A DNA stretch of 64,000 nt from Candidatus Levybacteria bacterium RIFCSPHIGHO2_01_FULL_40_16 (GTDB taxonomy: Bacteria > Patescibacteriota > Microgenomatia > Levybacterales > UBA12049): NCBI GenBank assembly GCA_001783805.1, contig MFNS01000001.1:342921-406920 (forward strand), in the 5' to 3' direction. Position 1 is the stretch's first letter. The number at the start of each line of letters is the position of its first letter. The position numbers and the translations under genes were made by a program. Shown piece by piece: positions 56,740 through 64,000 of the stretch. A model generated the notes under the pieces. The model was given only the letters and a program-made list of their open reading frames with translations, ran no database searches and was not told where the DNA came from.

Positions 56740-57413
56740 ATTTTTATTTTCTCAATCATCCTCTTCGTTACTTCGTCAATGCTTCCTTCCCCATTAATTG
56801 TAATTATTTCTTGGGCAAATTTTTCGCTTAGCCAATCATAGCCCTCAATTGCCTTTTTAAGCTTTCCTTGATCTTCATAAATCTCTAGAGCATCTGCCTT
56901 ATTGGAAATCCTTTTCAAAACTGTTGGCAACGAAGCTTTGAGATAAAAAGTGTAATCCGGAACAATAAACTGATGGTACATTGAAAGCAAAGAGTGAGCG
57001 ATTAGTAGAAATTCAGCGTCTTCGTAATCATACTTTCCTTTTGTCCTGTCCAAAATTCCGTAAACAATTGCCGACCAAAAACAGCGGTCAGAAGCAATCA
57101 CATCTCCCCTTTTCAACGCCGGAATAATTACTTCTTCATGATGCGACATGCGGTCGGTAGAAAATAAATATTGGAGCGCAACGGAGGACATTTTTAATTT
57201 TCCGGTCAAGACCCTTTGAACAATGTCGCCGATTAAGCCTGTTTTTCTCGGTTCTCTGGTCTGAACTACGCTTTTTCCTTGTTTTCTGAAATATTCGGCA
57301 AGTTTCTCAACCTGCGTGGTTTTCCCGCTTCCGTCAACTCCCTCCAAAGCAATATATGTTCCTGAATACGGATTTTTCTTCAACTCAATGTCCAACTCAA
57401 CATGATACTTCAT
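56736..57413 (-). CDS. tmk: thymidylate kinase
   Basis: P-loop IALEGVDGSGKTTQ; DRxxxS LID region. Confidence 0.9.
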   Translation of the reverse strand: MKYHVELDIELKKNPYSGTYIALEGVDGSGKTTQVEKLAEYFRKQGKSVVQTREPRKTGLIGDIVQRVLTGKLKMSSVALQYLFSTDRMSHHEEVIIPALKRGDVIASDRCFWSAIVYGILDRTKGKYDYEDAEFLLIAHSLLSMYHQFIVPDYTFYLKASLPTVLKRISNKADALEIYEDQGKLKKAIEGYDWLSEKFAQEIITINGEGSIDEVTKRMIEKIKI

Positions 57414-57497
57414 ATTATTCTGCTTTGCAGAACATCATAGCACATGAAAAATAAATTTGAAATATGATAAGATAGTATTTTATAATCCTGTATTCAT

Positions 57498-58412
57498 ATG
57501 GCACGCGAGTTTGAAAGAAGACAACCGCAACCACCACTAACTCTACCTACTTTAGGCAAGGTTCTTGGGAATTTTGTAGAACAAGATGAAGATTCTAAAG
57601 CTCAAGAAATTCTTCCTACGCCGGAAAAACTAACCACAAAACAAAGATTAAAAGAAAAACTTAAAAGAAAATTCTTCCATCGAAAACAAATAATCGTAGA
57701 AAAAATCGTTGAAGGGCTAGGAATTTTTGGCGCACCGGATATTCGAGTCGGCGGTAAGGAAAATCTTGAAAAGGCATTGGAGCTTACTAAAGGTAAAAAT
57801 CTGGCATTTGTAATGAACCACACCAGTAATTTCGATACGCCTGCCCTTGAACGGAGTTTGAAAAAGATAGGATTTGGGGAAATTGTCCCAAAGCTTATCT
57901 ATCTTCAGGGAATAAAACTGGATAAAAACCCGGTTGCCAAAATTTTTCTTGGAGGATTTAATCGGATCAGGGTCTGGCCGCCGAATCTTCCGGCTGAAAA
58001 TGAAACAGAAAAAATAGAACGTAAAAAAATGACTAGGGAGAGTTTGGAGTCTGCAAAAAGAGCGCTTGGAGAAGGTTATTTTCTGGGAATATATTGTGAA
58101 GGGGGACGTAGCTATAATGGGAAATTAAAGGAGGTAGAGCCGGCAGCAATACACTACCTTACAATGCAACCGGATACCATAGTTATACCTGTAGCAATCC
58201 GCGAAACAGATAAAGTCCTGCCTCGGGGCAGTTTTATTATTTTTCCGGCCGCGCCCGTTAATGTCAATTTTGGAGAACCTATAATTATATCTTTTCTTCT
58301 GCAAGAGTACCAGAATTTGCCGAATGATGAAAAACACAAAAAAATTGGAGATTTCATTATGGGGAAAATAGCCAAACAGCTTCCGGAAGAATATCGTGGG
58401 GTTTACGTTTAA
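57498..58412 (+). CDS. lysophospholipid acyltransferase (PlsC family)
   Basis: HX4D (NHTSNFD) and EGGRS motifs. Confidence 0.7.
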   Translation: MAREFERRQPQPPLTLPTLGKVLGNFVEQDEDSKAQEILPTPEKLTTKQRLKEKLKRKFFHRKQIIVEKIVEGLGIFGAPDIRVGGKENLEKALELTKGKNLAFVMNHTSNFDTPALERSLKKIGFGEIVPKLIYLQGIKLDKNPVAKIFLGGFNRIRVWPPNLPAENETEKIERKKMTRESLESAKRALGEGYFLGIYCEGGRSYNGKLKEVEPAAIHYLTMQPDTIVIPVAIRETDKVLPRGSFIIFPAAPVNVNFGEPIIISFLLQEYQNLPNDEKHKKIGDFIMGKIAKQLPEEYRGVYV

Positions 58413-58414
58413 AC

Positions 58415-58987
58415 CTATCTTTTTTCCTGGTGAATTCTGGACTCGTCAGGGCCTTTTTGAAAAACGTATTTTGCCTGTTTCTTTTTTACATAAGGAACAT
58501 CCGCAACGCTGGAGAGTTCCTCAAAAGTCATCGCGCAAATTCGCATGCCGCAGGTTAGTGAAATTGCCATCCGGCCCAAATTCCCTAATTCCAGAACCGG
58601 CTTCCCGTCCCATCCCGGATCAAAAATCGAAGCAGTTGAATGCACAACCAACCCGAGTCTTCCCAAAGATGAACGACCCTCAAGCCTGCCCATCAAATCC
58701 GGTGCAATTTTTACATTCTCAAGTGTCACAGCTAAAACGAAATCCCCTGGCTGCATAATAAATTTCTCGCCGTTTTTAATTTTTACCTCTCTGGTGATTT
58801 CGTTACTGTAGTCTTTTTTTGAAGGATCAATGTAGGGGTTGCGGCTGTATTCAAAAATCCGGAAAATATTTCCCAACCGCAGATCAATAGAGCACGAACC
58901 GAGCTGCTCTTTAAAATTGGGCTTTGGAGAAATTTGTATTCTGCCTTGCAGAAAAGCCTTCTTAATGTCTCTATCCGCTAAAACCAT
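58415..58987 (-). CDS. dcd: dCTP deaminase
   Basis: GRSSLGRLGL and DPGWDG motifs. Confidence 0.85.
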   Translation of the reverse strand: MVLADRDIKKAFLQGRIQISPKPNFKEQLGSCSIDLRLGNIFRIFEYSRNPYIDPSKKDYSNEITREVKIKNGEKFIMQPGDFVLAVTLENVKIAPDLMGRLEGRSSLGRLGLVVHSTASIFDPGWDGKPVLELGNLGRMAISLTCGMRICAMTFEELSSVADVPYVKKKQAKYVFQKGPDESRIHQEKR

Positions 58988-59030
58988 ATGACGAGTTTAT
59001 CACAAAAAATTTTTTTTAAAAGTACCAATA

Positions 59031-59651
59031 TTACTTCAGCTTGCTTATTGCTTCTTTATAATAAGGTACAACCATATAAAGACCTTGTCTTAACGAAGGC
59101 TGACTATCTAAAAACGAAAAGACAACCAAGGGCAATGTTTTTTCATTTCCCTTGTTAAAAAACCCAAGAAAGGAAGGATCTTTTTTCACTTCTTTATAAA
59201 TAACCTCTGTTTCCTCTTGGGGTGACGGATTAGGAATTTTAGAATCATCACCGGATTCTTTTGCCTTGATGGTAGGTAATGGGGTGCCTATAATTCTGCT
59301 ATTATAATTATCAACAAACACTTTGTCCTCCCACCCGTTAATAATACCGCTTTCCAGAGAATTTATTATACTGGCTAACAATATTCCTCCAATTCCAAGT
59401 AAGAATTTGGCTGTATTTTCATGACTTAAGCCTTTAAGAACAAAATTAATATCGGGTGCAACATTTCCCCGACTTACGCCATCCAGCGTCTCCCTAACCA
59501 AATCCTTCCCAATAGATCCCATTTCTTGCGCAACTGCAACTTTTTGAGAAATCGGACGCCTCCTATCCAGGGCTACCTGCCAGAGGATTCCCGAATTCCG
59601 AACAATTTCATCAGGATCAAATCTATTTCGTTCTGATTCCAGTTCGCTCAT
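59031..59651 (-). CDS. hypothetical protein
   Basis: 206-aa ORF; no motif. Confidence 0.45.
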   Translation of the reverse strand: MSELESERNRFDPDEIVRNSGILWQVALDRRRPISQKVAVAQEMGSIGKDLVRETLDGVSRGNVAPDINFVLKGLSHENTAKFLLGIGGILLASIINSLESGIINGWEDKVFVDNYNSRIIGTPLPTIKAKESGDDSKIPNPSPQEETEVIYKEVKKDPSFLGFFNKGNEKTLPLVVFSFLDSQPSLRQGLYMVVPYYKEAISKLK

Positions 59652-59666
59652 ATTTCTTCAACTTCT

Positions 59667-61103
59667 CTAAATTTGATTTCTAATTTCACCCACCAAATAA
59701 AGAGAGCCTGTGACGACTAAAATTGACGGACTGCCAGATTGTTGAATTGTTTTAAGACCGATTTTCAAGGCTTTTTTTGAATCTTTCTCAACCACAACTT
59801 TTTTGAGTTTTGCCTGCCCGCTAGAGCCTGTGTGAAGGCGGGAGATTTGATTCTTGATTTTCGTTGCTTCCGCAGATGCATGTAAATTCAGGTCTGTTTT
59901 TGCCTGAAATTGCGTAACAATAATTTCCTCCGCCACCCTTGCAATTTCTTTGAGCATTTTTTTGATATCTTTATCAAATTTAAATCCGACGATAAATACT
60001 TTTCTCTCTTTTGGGAAAATTTTCTGAAGACTTTTGAGAAAATCCTTCATTTTTGTTGGATTGTGCGCCCCATCGAGTACAATTTTCATTTTTTTTACTT
60101 CGAATCGTCCCGGGAAAAATGCAGTTTTTAAAGCTTTGCGGATTTGTCCGTCCGGGATTTTAAATCCAAATTTTCTAAGCTCAAGAATTGTTTTTATAGC
60201 CAGGGAGGCATTTTCAGCTTGGTATTGTCCTAAAAGAGACAATTTCAAATCACTCAAAGTTTCCTCATGTGAGATAAAATCAAAATCTATTCCCGATGCA
60301 TTTTCCTTCTTTATTCTATAGCCAAAATTCCTCCATAATAAATTGAGTTTTGCCCCAACTTTTTCGCACCTGTCTTCAACAATTTTAACCACCGACGGCT
60401 GCTTCACTCCGGAGACCACAACGGGAGATTTACGATTTATGATTAATGATTTATAATCCGTAGTTGATTCGTTAATCTTAAATCTTAAATCCTCAATCTT
60501 TATTATTCCCGCTTTAGTTCTGGCGATTTTTTCAACAGTTTTTCCCAGAATATTTATATGATCCAAAGAAACGTTTGTCAAGGCAGTGATTAAAGGATTT
60601 AGCGTATTGGTCGCGTCAAATTCCCCTCCCATTCCTACTTCTGCAACCGCGATATCGACTTTTTGATCTGCAAAATATTTAAATGCCATCCCAACCAAAA
60701 TTTCAAAATACGACGGGGCGCCAACAGGCATTTTTCTCATCGTCTCAATGATTCGAATCATCGAAGTAGTAAGTTTCGCAAACGTCTCATCCGAAATTTC
60801 TTTTCCGTTTATTTGCAGTCTTTCATTAACTTTTTGCAGATGCGGAGATAAAGTCAGTCCTGTTTTGTATCCGGATACCTTAAGGATATGAGACAAAAGA
60901 TAAGCAGTTGAACCTTTTCCAGATGTTCCGCCGACCAAAATGGATTTGAATTTATTCTGGGGATTATCCAAAAGAGAAAGAAATGTCCGCATCCTTTTCA
61001 GGGGATCTTTTGAGGCTTTGACATTGAAAACAATCTTCCCGATAAAACTTTCTAAATATTTAACTGCCTTTCCGTAGGTCATGATAGTTCTTCTGCTATC
61101 CAC
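59667..61103 (-). CDS. folC: bifunctional folylpolyglutamate synthase/dihydrofolate synthase (Mur ligase family)
   Basis: P-loop GGTSGKGST; Mur ligase middle and C-terminal domains. Contains an in-frame heptad-repeat element. Confidence 0.85.
   Translation of the reverse strand: MDSRRTIMTYGKAVKYLESFIGKIVFNVKASKDPLKRMRTFLSLLDNPQNKFKSILVGGTSGKGSTAYLLSHILKVSGYKTGLTLSPHLQKVNERLQINGKEISDETFAKLTTSMIRIIETMRKMPVGAPSYFEILVGMAFKYFADQKVDIAVAEVGMGGEFDATNTLNPLITALTNVSLDHINILGKTVEKIARTKAGIIKIEDLRFKINESTTDYKSLIINRKSPVVVSGVKQPSVVKIVEDRCEKVGAKLNLLWRNFGYRIKKENASGIDFDFISHEETLSDLKLSLLGQYQAENASLAIKTILELRKFGFKIPDGQIRKALKTAFFPGRFEVKKMKIVLDGAHNPTKMKDFLKSLQKIFPKERKVFIVGFKFDKDIKKMLKEIARVAEEIIVTQFQAKTDLNLHASAEATKIKNQISRLHTGSSGQAKLKKVVVEKDSKKALKIGLKTIQQSGSPSILVVTGSLYLVGEIRNQI
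60474..60509. repeat. heptad tandem-repeat element (AATCTTA)x3 plus AATCTTTATTATTCC, in frame inside folC
   Basis: Encodes GIIKIEDLRFKIN; related to the rseP element. Confidence 0.75.
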
Positions 61104-61567
61104 CTTGAGCTTGCCGAACGGGTGACAAAAACCGGAATAATCTGCATGTTATTTTGGATTAATGTACCTATAGTTTTTGCTGTTTTTAGAACATCTTTTT
61201 TGTGCTGTATGTCTTCCACCAGATTGCCCGCGCATTCCTGATGTCCATGAACAATAATGCCCTTGGAATGGTGTTTTTCAAGAGAAATTAAGATCTTTTT
61301 CCTAATGGAATCAAGAAGAGCTCGATCTATGTTTTTTTTCGCAAGTAAGCCTACCAATCCTGCTTCAGTAATAGTATCCGCGTACTTGGCACCGAATTTT
61401 TGCTGACCGAAGGCTAAGACAGGCTCCTGTACCCGCCCATCCATACAGCCAACTGCTGTAAAAAAAGCCTGCCCGCCATCCCGATTCGATCGGGAAGGCA
61501 TTTGCAGGCGGGTTTCCCCGGCTTTCGACATAGAACTGATATTATAACAAAAACAACCCATTTGCAA
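61079..61567 (-). CDS. beta-carbonic-anhydrase-like protein
   Basis: CxDxR (GCMDGRV) and HxxC (HGHQECAG) zinc-ligand motifs in beta-CA order; the start is probably an internal Met. Confidence 0.5.
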   Translation of the reverse strand: MQMGCFCYNISSMSKAGETRLQMPSRSNRDGGQAFFTAVGCMDGRVQEPVLAFGQQKFGAKYADTITEAGLVGLLAKKNIDRALLDSIRKKILISLEKHHSKGIIVHGHQECAGNLVEDIQHKKDVLKTAKTIGTLIQNNMQIIPVFVTRSASSRWIAEELS

Positions 61568-61613
61568 TTAAAACTTGCAAAAAAGTGCGAACCTGCTACA
61601 ATTATAGGCCTAT

Positions 61614-62771
61614 ATGGCAACCGAAGGACAACATCCGGAAATTGTAAAATTTATAGAAAATATCTCAATAGCGCCACATGATCTTCTCGAAGATAATCAC
61701 AGCCAAGAGGCGGACGAGCTTAGGGGAAAATGGAAAGAAAACAAAAGAGCAGGCAAATTATATGCGCTGAGCGCATGTGGAGATGCAAGGGTAAGATTTC
61801 CGAAACCGGAAAAATACGTAACCTTAAAATCAATTGCAGCCGGTGGGAATGTGGATAGTAATATCGTTACTAACGCAGGTGTAGAATTTGCTGTTTTTGC
61901 GGGACACTATGACGGAGAAGCTTTTAAACCGGGTGAGATGCCGACCGGATGCGGAGGTCTTGGCGCAAAATATGAAGCCCTAGAACATAACAAACCTGTT
62001 CCTGTCAAAGGAATCGGATATTACATAGCAAGAAATATTGATCATCCTGATCCTTTAGTAAATGCGTTGTTAAAAGCGAATAAAATTGCAAAGATATCGA
62101 ATAAACCGCAATTAACTATTGCGCAAAATCATAGAATCGGAGAGATATTTCCGTTTGGGGTATTCATGCCTGGTCAAAGTCCACGATTTGCTATTAATAT
62201 CCTTGATTTATACGAAAAATATGATCCGAAAGAAATCTACGCAAAAGGAATTCCCGAGCTTGAAAGAAGAGTAATTCCGGAAATATTTAATGAGTTTCTG
62301 GAAGCCTGCGAAGCTCAAGTAAAAGAATCGCTGTTAACCTACCCAAACTATAAAGAGATGATGAGAGTGCAAAATCCAAGAATGGTAGTTTTGTCAACAG
62401 AAATCATGTCTGCAAAAATCCGCTATCCGAAGATCGCTAGTTTTCCGGGCATCTTGTTTAAGATTCATCTCCCAAGAATAAAAAACGGGAGTGATGTTTC
62501 GATAGACCCGGAAAAATTGCAAGATGTTATAAATCAGATTGAATACCCTATTCCACATGCTGTTGAAAATTTCGGAAAGCCAAACGAAAGTTTCTCCAAC
62601 ACGGACAGATTTTTAATCGAAACTGACGATATAGATCTGTCTAGGAAAGTCGCGCTAAGGCTTGCAGAAGAAGAATGGATGCAGAAATGGATGAATCTTG
62701 AAGGACATCAAATGCTAATCGTGCAAACACAAGAAGGAATTTCACAACTCATCGAGGAATTTAAACAGTAA
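61614..62771 (+). CDS. beta-carbonic-anhydrase-like N-terminal domain fused to a ~200-aa domain of unknown function
   Basis: CGDARV and GH...GCGG motifs with an insertion between the His and Cys ligands; divergently transcribed from the previous gene. Confidence 0.5.
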   Translation: MATEGQHPEIVKFIENISIAPHDLLEDNHSQEADELRGKWKENKRAGKLYALSACGDARVRFPKPEKYVTLKSIAAGGNVDSNIVTNAGVEFAVFAGHYDGEAFKPGEMPTGCGGLGAKYEALEHNKPVPVKGIGYYIARNIDHPDPLVNALLKANKIAKISNKPQLTIAQNHRIGEIFPFGVFMPGQSPRFAINILDLYEKYDPKEIYAKGIPELERRVIPEIFNEFLEACEAQVKESLLTYPNYKEMMRVQNPRMVVLSTEIMSAKIRYPKIASFPGILFKIHLPRIKNGSDVSIDPEKLQDVINQIEYPIPHAVENFGKPNESFSNTDRFLIETDDIDLSRKVALRLAEEEWMQKWMNLEGHQMLIVQTQEGISQLIEEFKQ

Positions 62772-62812
62772 TTGCGCAACTTGTGAATCGGAACGAGCTA
62801 GGCTAATAAACT

Positions 62813-64000
62813 TTATTTTACATCTCTTATTTGAAAACGGGAACTAAGAGCTTTAATGTGTTTAACATATCCTGACTGGTATTCCATTTCGTCTGTTGGT
62901 AATGTTCCAGGCTGTCTAAACCCTTGCGAATCTCGGAATTCTTTTGCCTTACGTGCCGCATCATCTCTAAATTTATCCCAAGGTGTTCCCCGGGCAAATT
63001 GATCCGAAACTGCACCAATTTTCCCGCTATGAATGTTAACACTCATACTTAGAATTGACATGATTGGTCCTGAAAAATATGAAGTAGGTCCATTAATTGG
63101 CATAGGAAAAATATTTAAGTTATGACTTCCTCTGCAATCTCCTGCAACCACAGGCGTTAAAGACATAGGAGAAGTTATTTCACCCGGCGCCGGCCAATCT
63201 CCCTGTGCTAATGAAACCATTACCGGGTCATCTTTACCTCCATAGCTAAACTTTCCATCTTTACTTGGGATATTATGAAGTCTTTCCGCTGAAACCACTA
63301 CTCCCAATTGTCCGGGTTTACCATTATCCTCTTTGGTAAAAATTTTCGAAACCACATAGCGGGAGCCATCCATTGTGAGACGACAAATATTATAGTAATC
63401 TTCAGGGGCACTAAGCTGAATTGTTCGCTCTGTTTTTCCCAAGCGATTCATGGTCTCATCAAGAACTTTCTGATCGCCATGCGGTATGCCCTCTTCATAA
63501 GCTCGCGCTTTCGTATTAAGATCGGTAATCTCAAAAATGTAGCCTCTGTTCATTTTTGAATCTGCGATTAATAACCCTGTATTGAAATTTGGATCAAGAT
63601 AGGATCTTGTTGTGATGTGATTGTATACTCCAGGCTCTGTTTTATCTGCATATGCAACCACAACTACCTGAGAAGGCTTGTCTTTCTCCCCTCTTGCTGG
63701 TAGAGGCAATATTGCTATTGCGGGACCCATCCCATGGGTATTGCCAGTAAAAGCATCTACCTTTAAATCTTGTCCCGGCCCATATAATCCCTGTTCCAAT
63801 GCAACTTTTTCTCCCTTTTTGAAAGCATCCCACATTAATTCGGCAACAACTTCCTGATGTTCCATCACACTTTCGTCAATGATGCCCGTTATTGCCACAT
63901 CATCACCTGTATGGGTTGCCATAAGGCTTGTAAATATTGGATTATTGTTTTTCCAGCGATTATAACGTAGAACATGATCTAGAATAGTTGCTTTCAGTCT
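62813..64000 (-). CDS. fructose-1,6-bisphosphate aldolase/phosphatase (archaeal-type class V FBPase), 5' end beyond the window
   Basis: LYGPGQDL..DAFTGNTHGMGPA and YADKTEPG...DPNFNTGLLI closely resemble the Sulfolobus/Thermoproteus bifunctional FBPA/P. The reading frame stays open to position 64000. Confidence 0.8.
   Translation of the reverse strand, partial: RLKATILDHVLRYNRWKNNNPIFTSLMATHTGDDVAITGIIDESVMEHQEVVAELMWDAFKKGEKVALEQGLYGPGQDLKVDAFTGNTHGMGPAIAILPLPARGEKDKPSQVVVVAYADKTEPGVYNHITTRSYLDPNFNTGLLIADSKMNRGYIFEITDLNTKARAYEEGIPHGDQKVLDETMNRLGKTERTIQLSAPEDYYNICRLTMDGSRYVVSKIFTKEDNGKPGQLGVVVSAERLHNIPSKDGKFSYGGKDDPVMVSLAQGDWPAPGEITSPMSLTPVVAGDCRGSHNLNIFPMPINGPTSYFSGPIMSILSMSVNIHSGKIGAVSDQFARGTPWDKFRDDAARKAKEFRDSQGFRQPGTLPTDEMEYQSGYVKHIKALSSRFQIRDVK

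Noticed and set aside
1-64000. tRNA, rRNA, transposase and integrase genes
   Set aside because: I scanned all intergenic gaps longer than 60 nt for GC-rich ~75-nt cloverleaf candidates and the ORF set for DDE, tyrosine or serine recombinase motifs and found none. A tRNAscan or HMM run would be the decisive check.

Overview
AT-rich bacterial chromosomal segment; the compact organisation and many orphan ORFs fit a small-genome (possibly Patescibacteria/CPR-like) bacterium, which cannot be verified from sequence alone. It holds about 78 protein-coding genes, nearly all on the minus strand after 11 kb. Housekeeping blocks are rpsU-ybeY-dnaX-ybaB-prs-recR, rpsB-tsf-frr-rseP, zwf/gnd, cysS, proS, glyA and folA/thyA/tmk/dcd/folC. 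Accessory content is a copper locus (csoR, CPH-type P1B ATPase, YHS protein) beside tlpA-ccdA-tlpA thiol-redox genes and a cluster of Cys-motif membrane proteins, a MacAB-like efflux operon, an archaeal-type FBP aldolase/phosphatase and two beta-carbonic-anhydrase-like genes. The two most unusual features follow. First, a ~5 kb cassette-like array (3.0-8.2 kb) in which every single-gene unit is separated by the same G8-TTGCAGCCGG motif, always in the same orientation. Second, several families of short GC-rich palindromic or heptad-tandem repeat elements that sit in frame inside conserved genes (msrA, folA, rpsB, dnaX, rseP, folC, thyA, a DHH esterase and a LytR_C gene), reminiscent of Rickettsia palindromic elements but much shorter. 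No rRNA, tRNA, CRISPR array, transposase or integrase was recognised.
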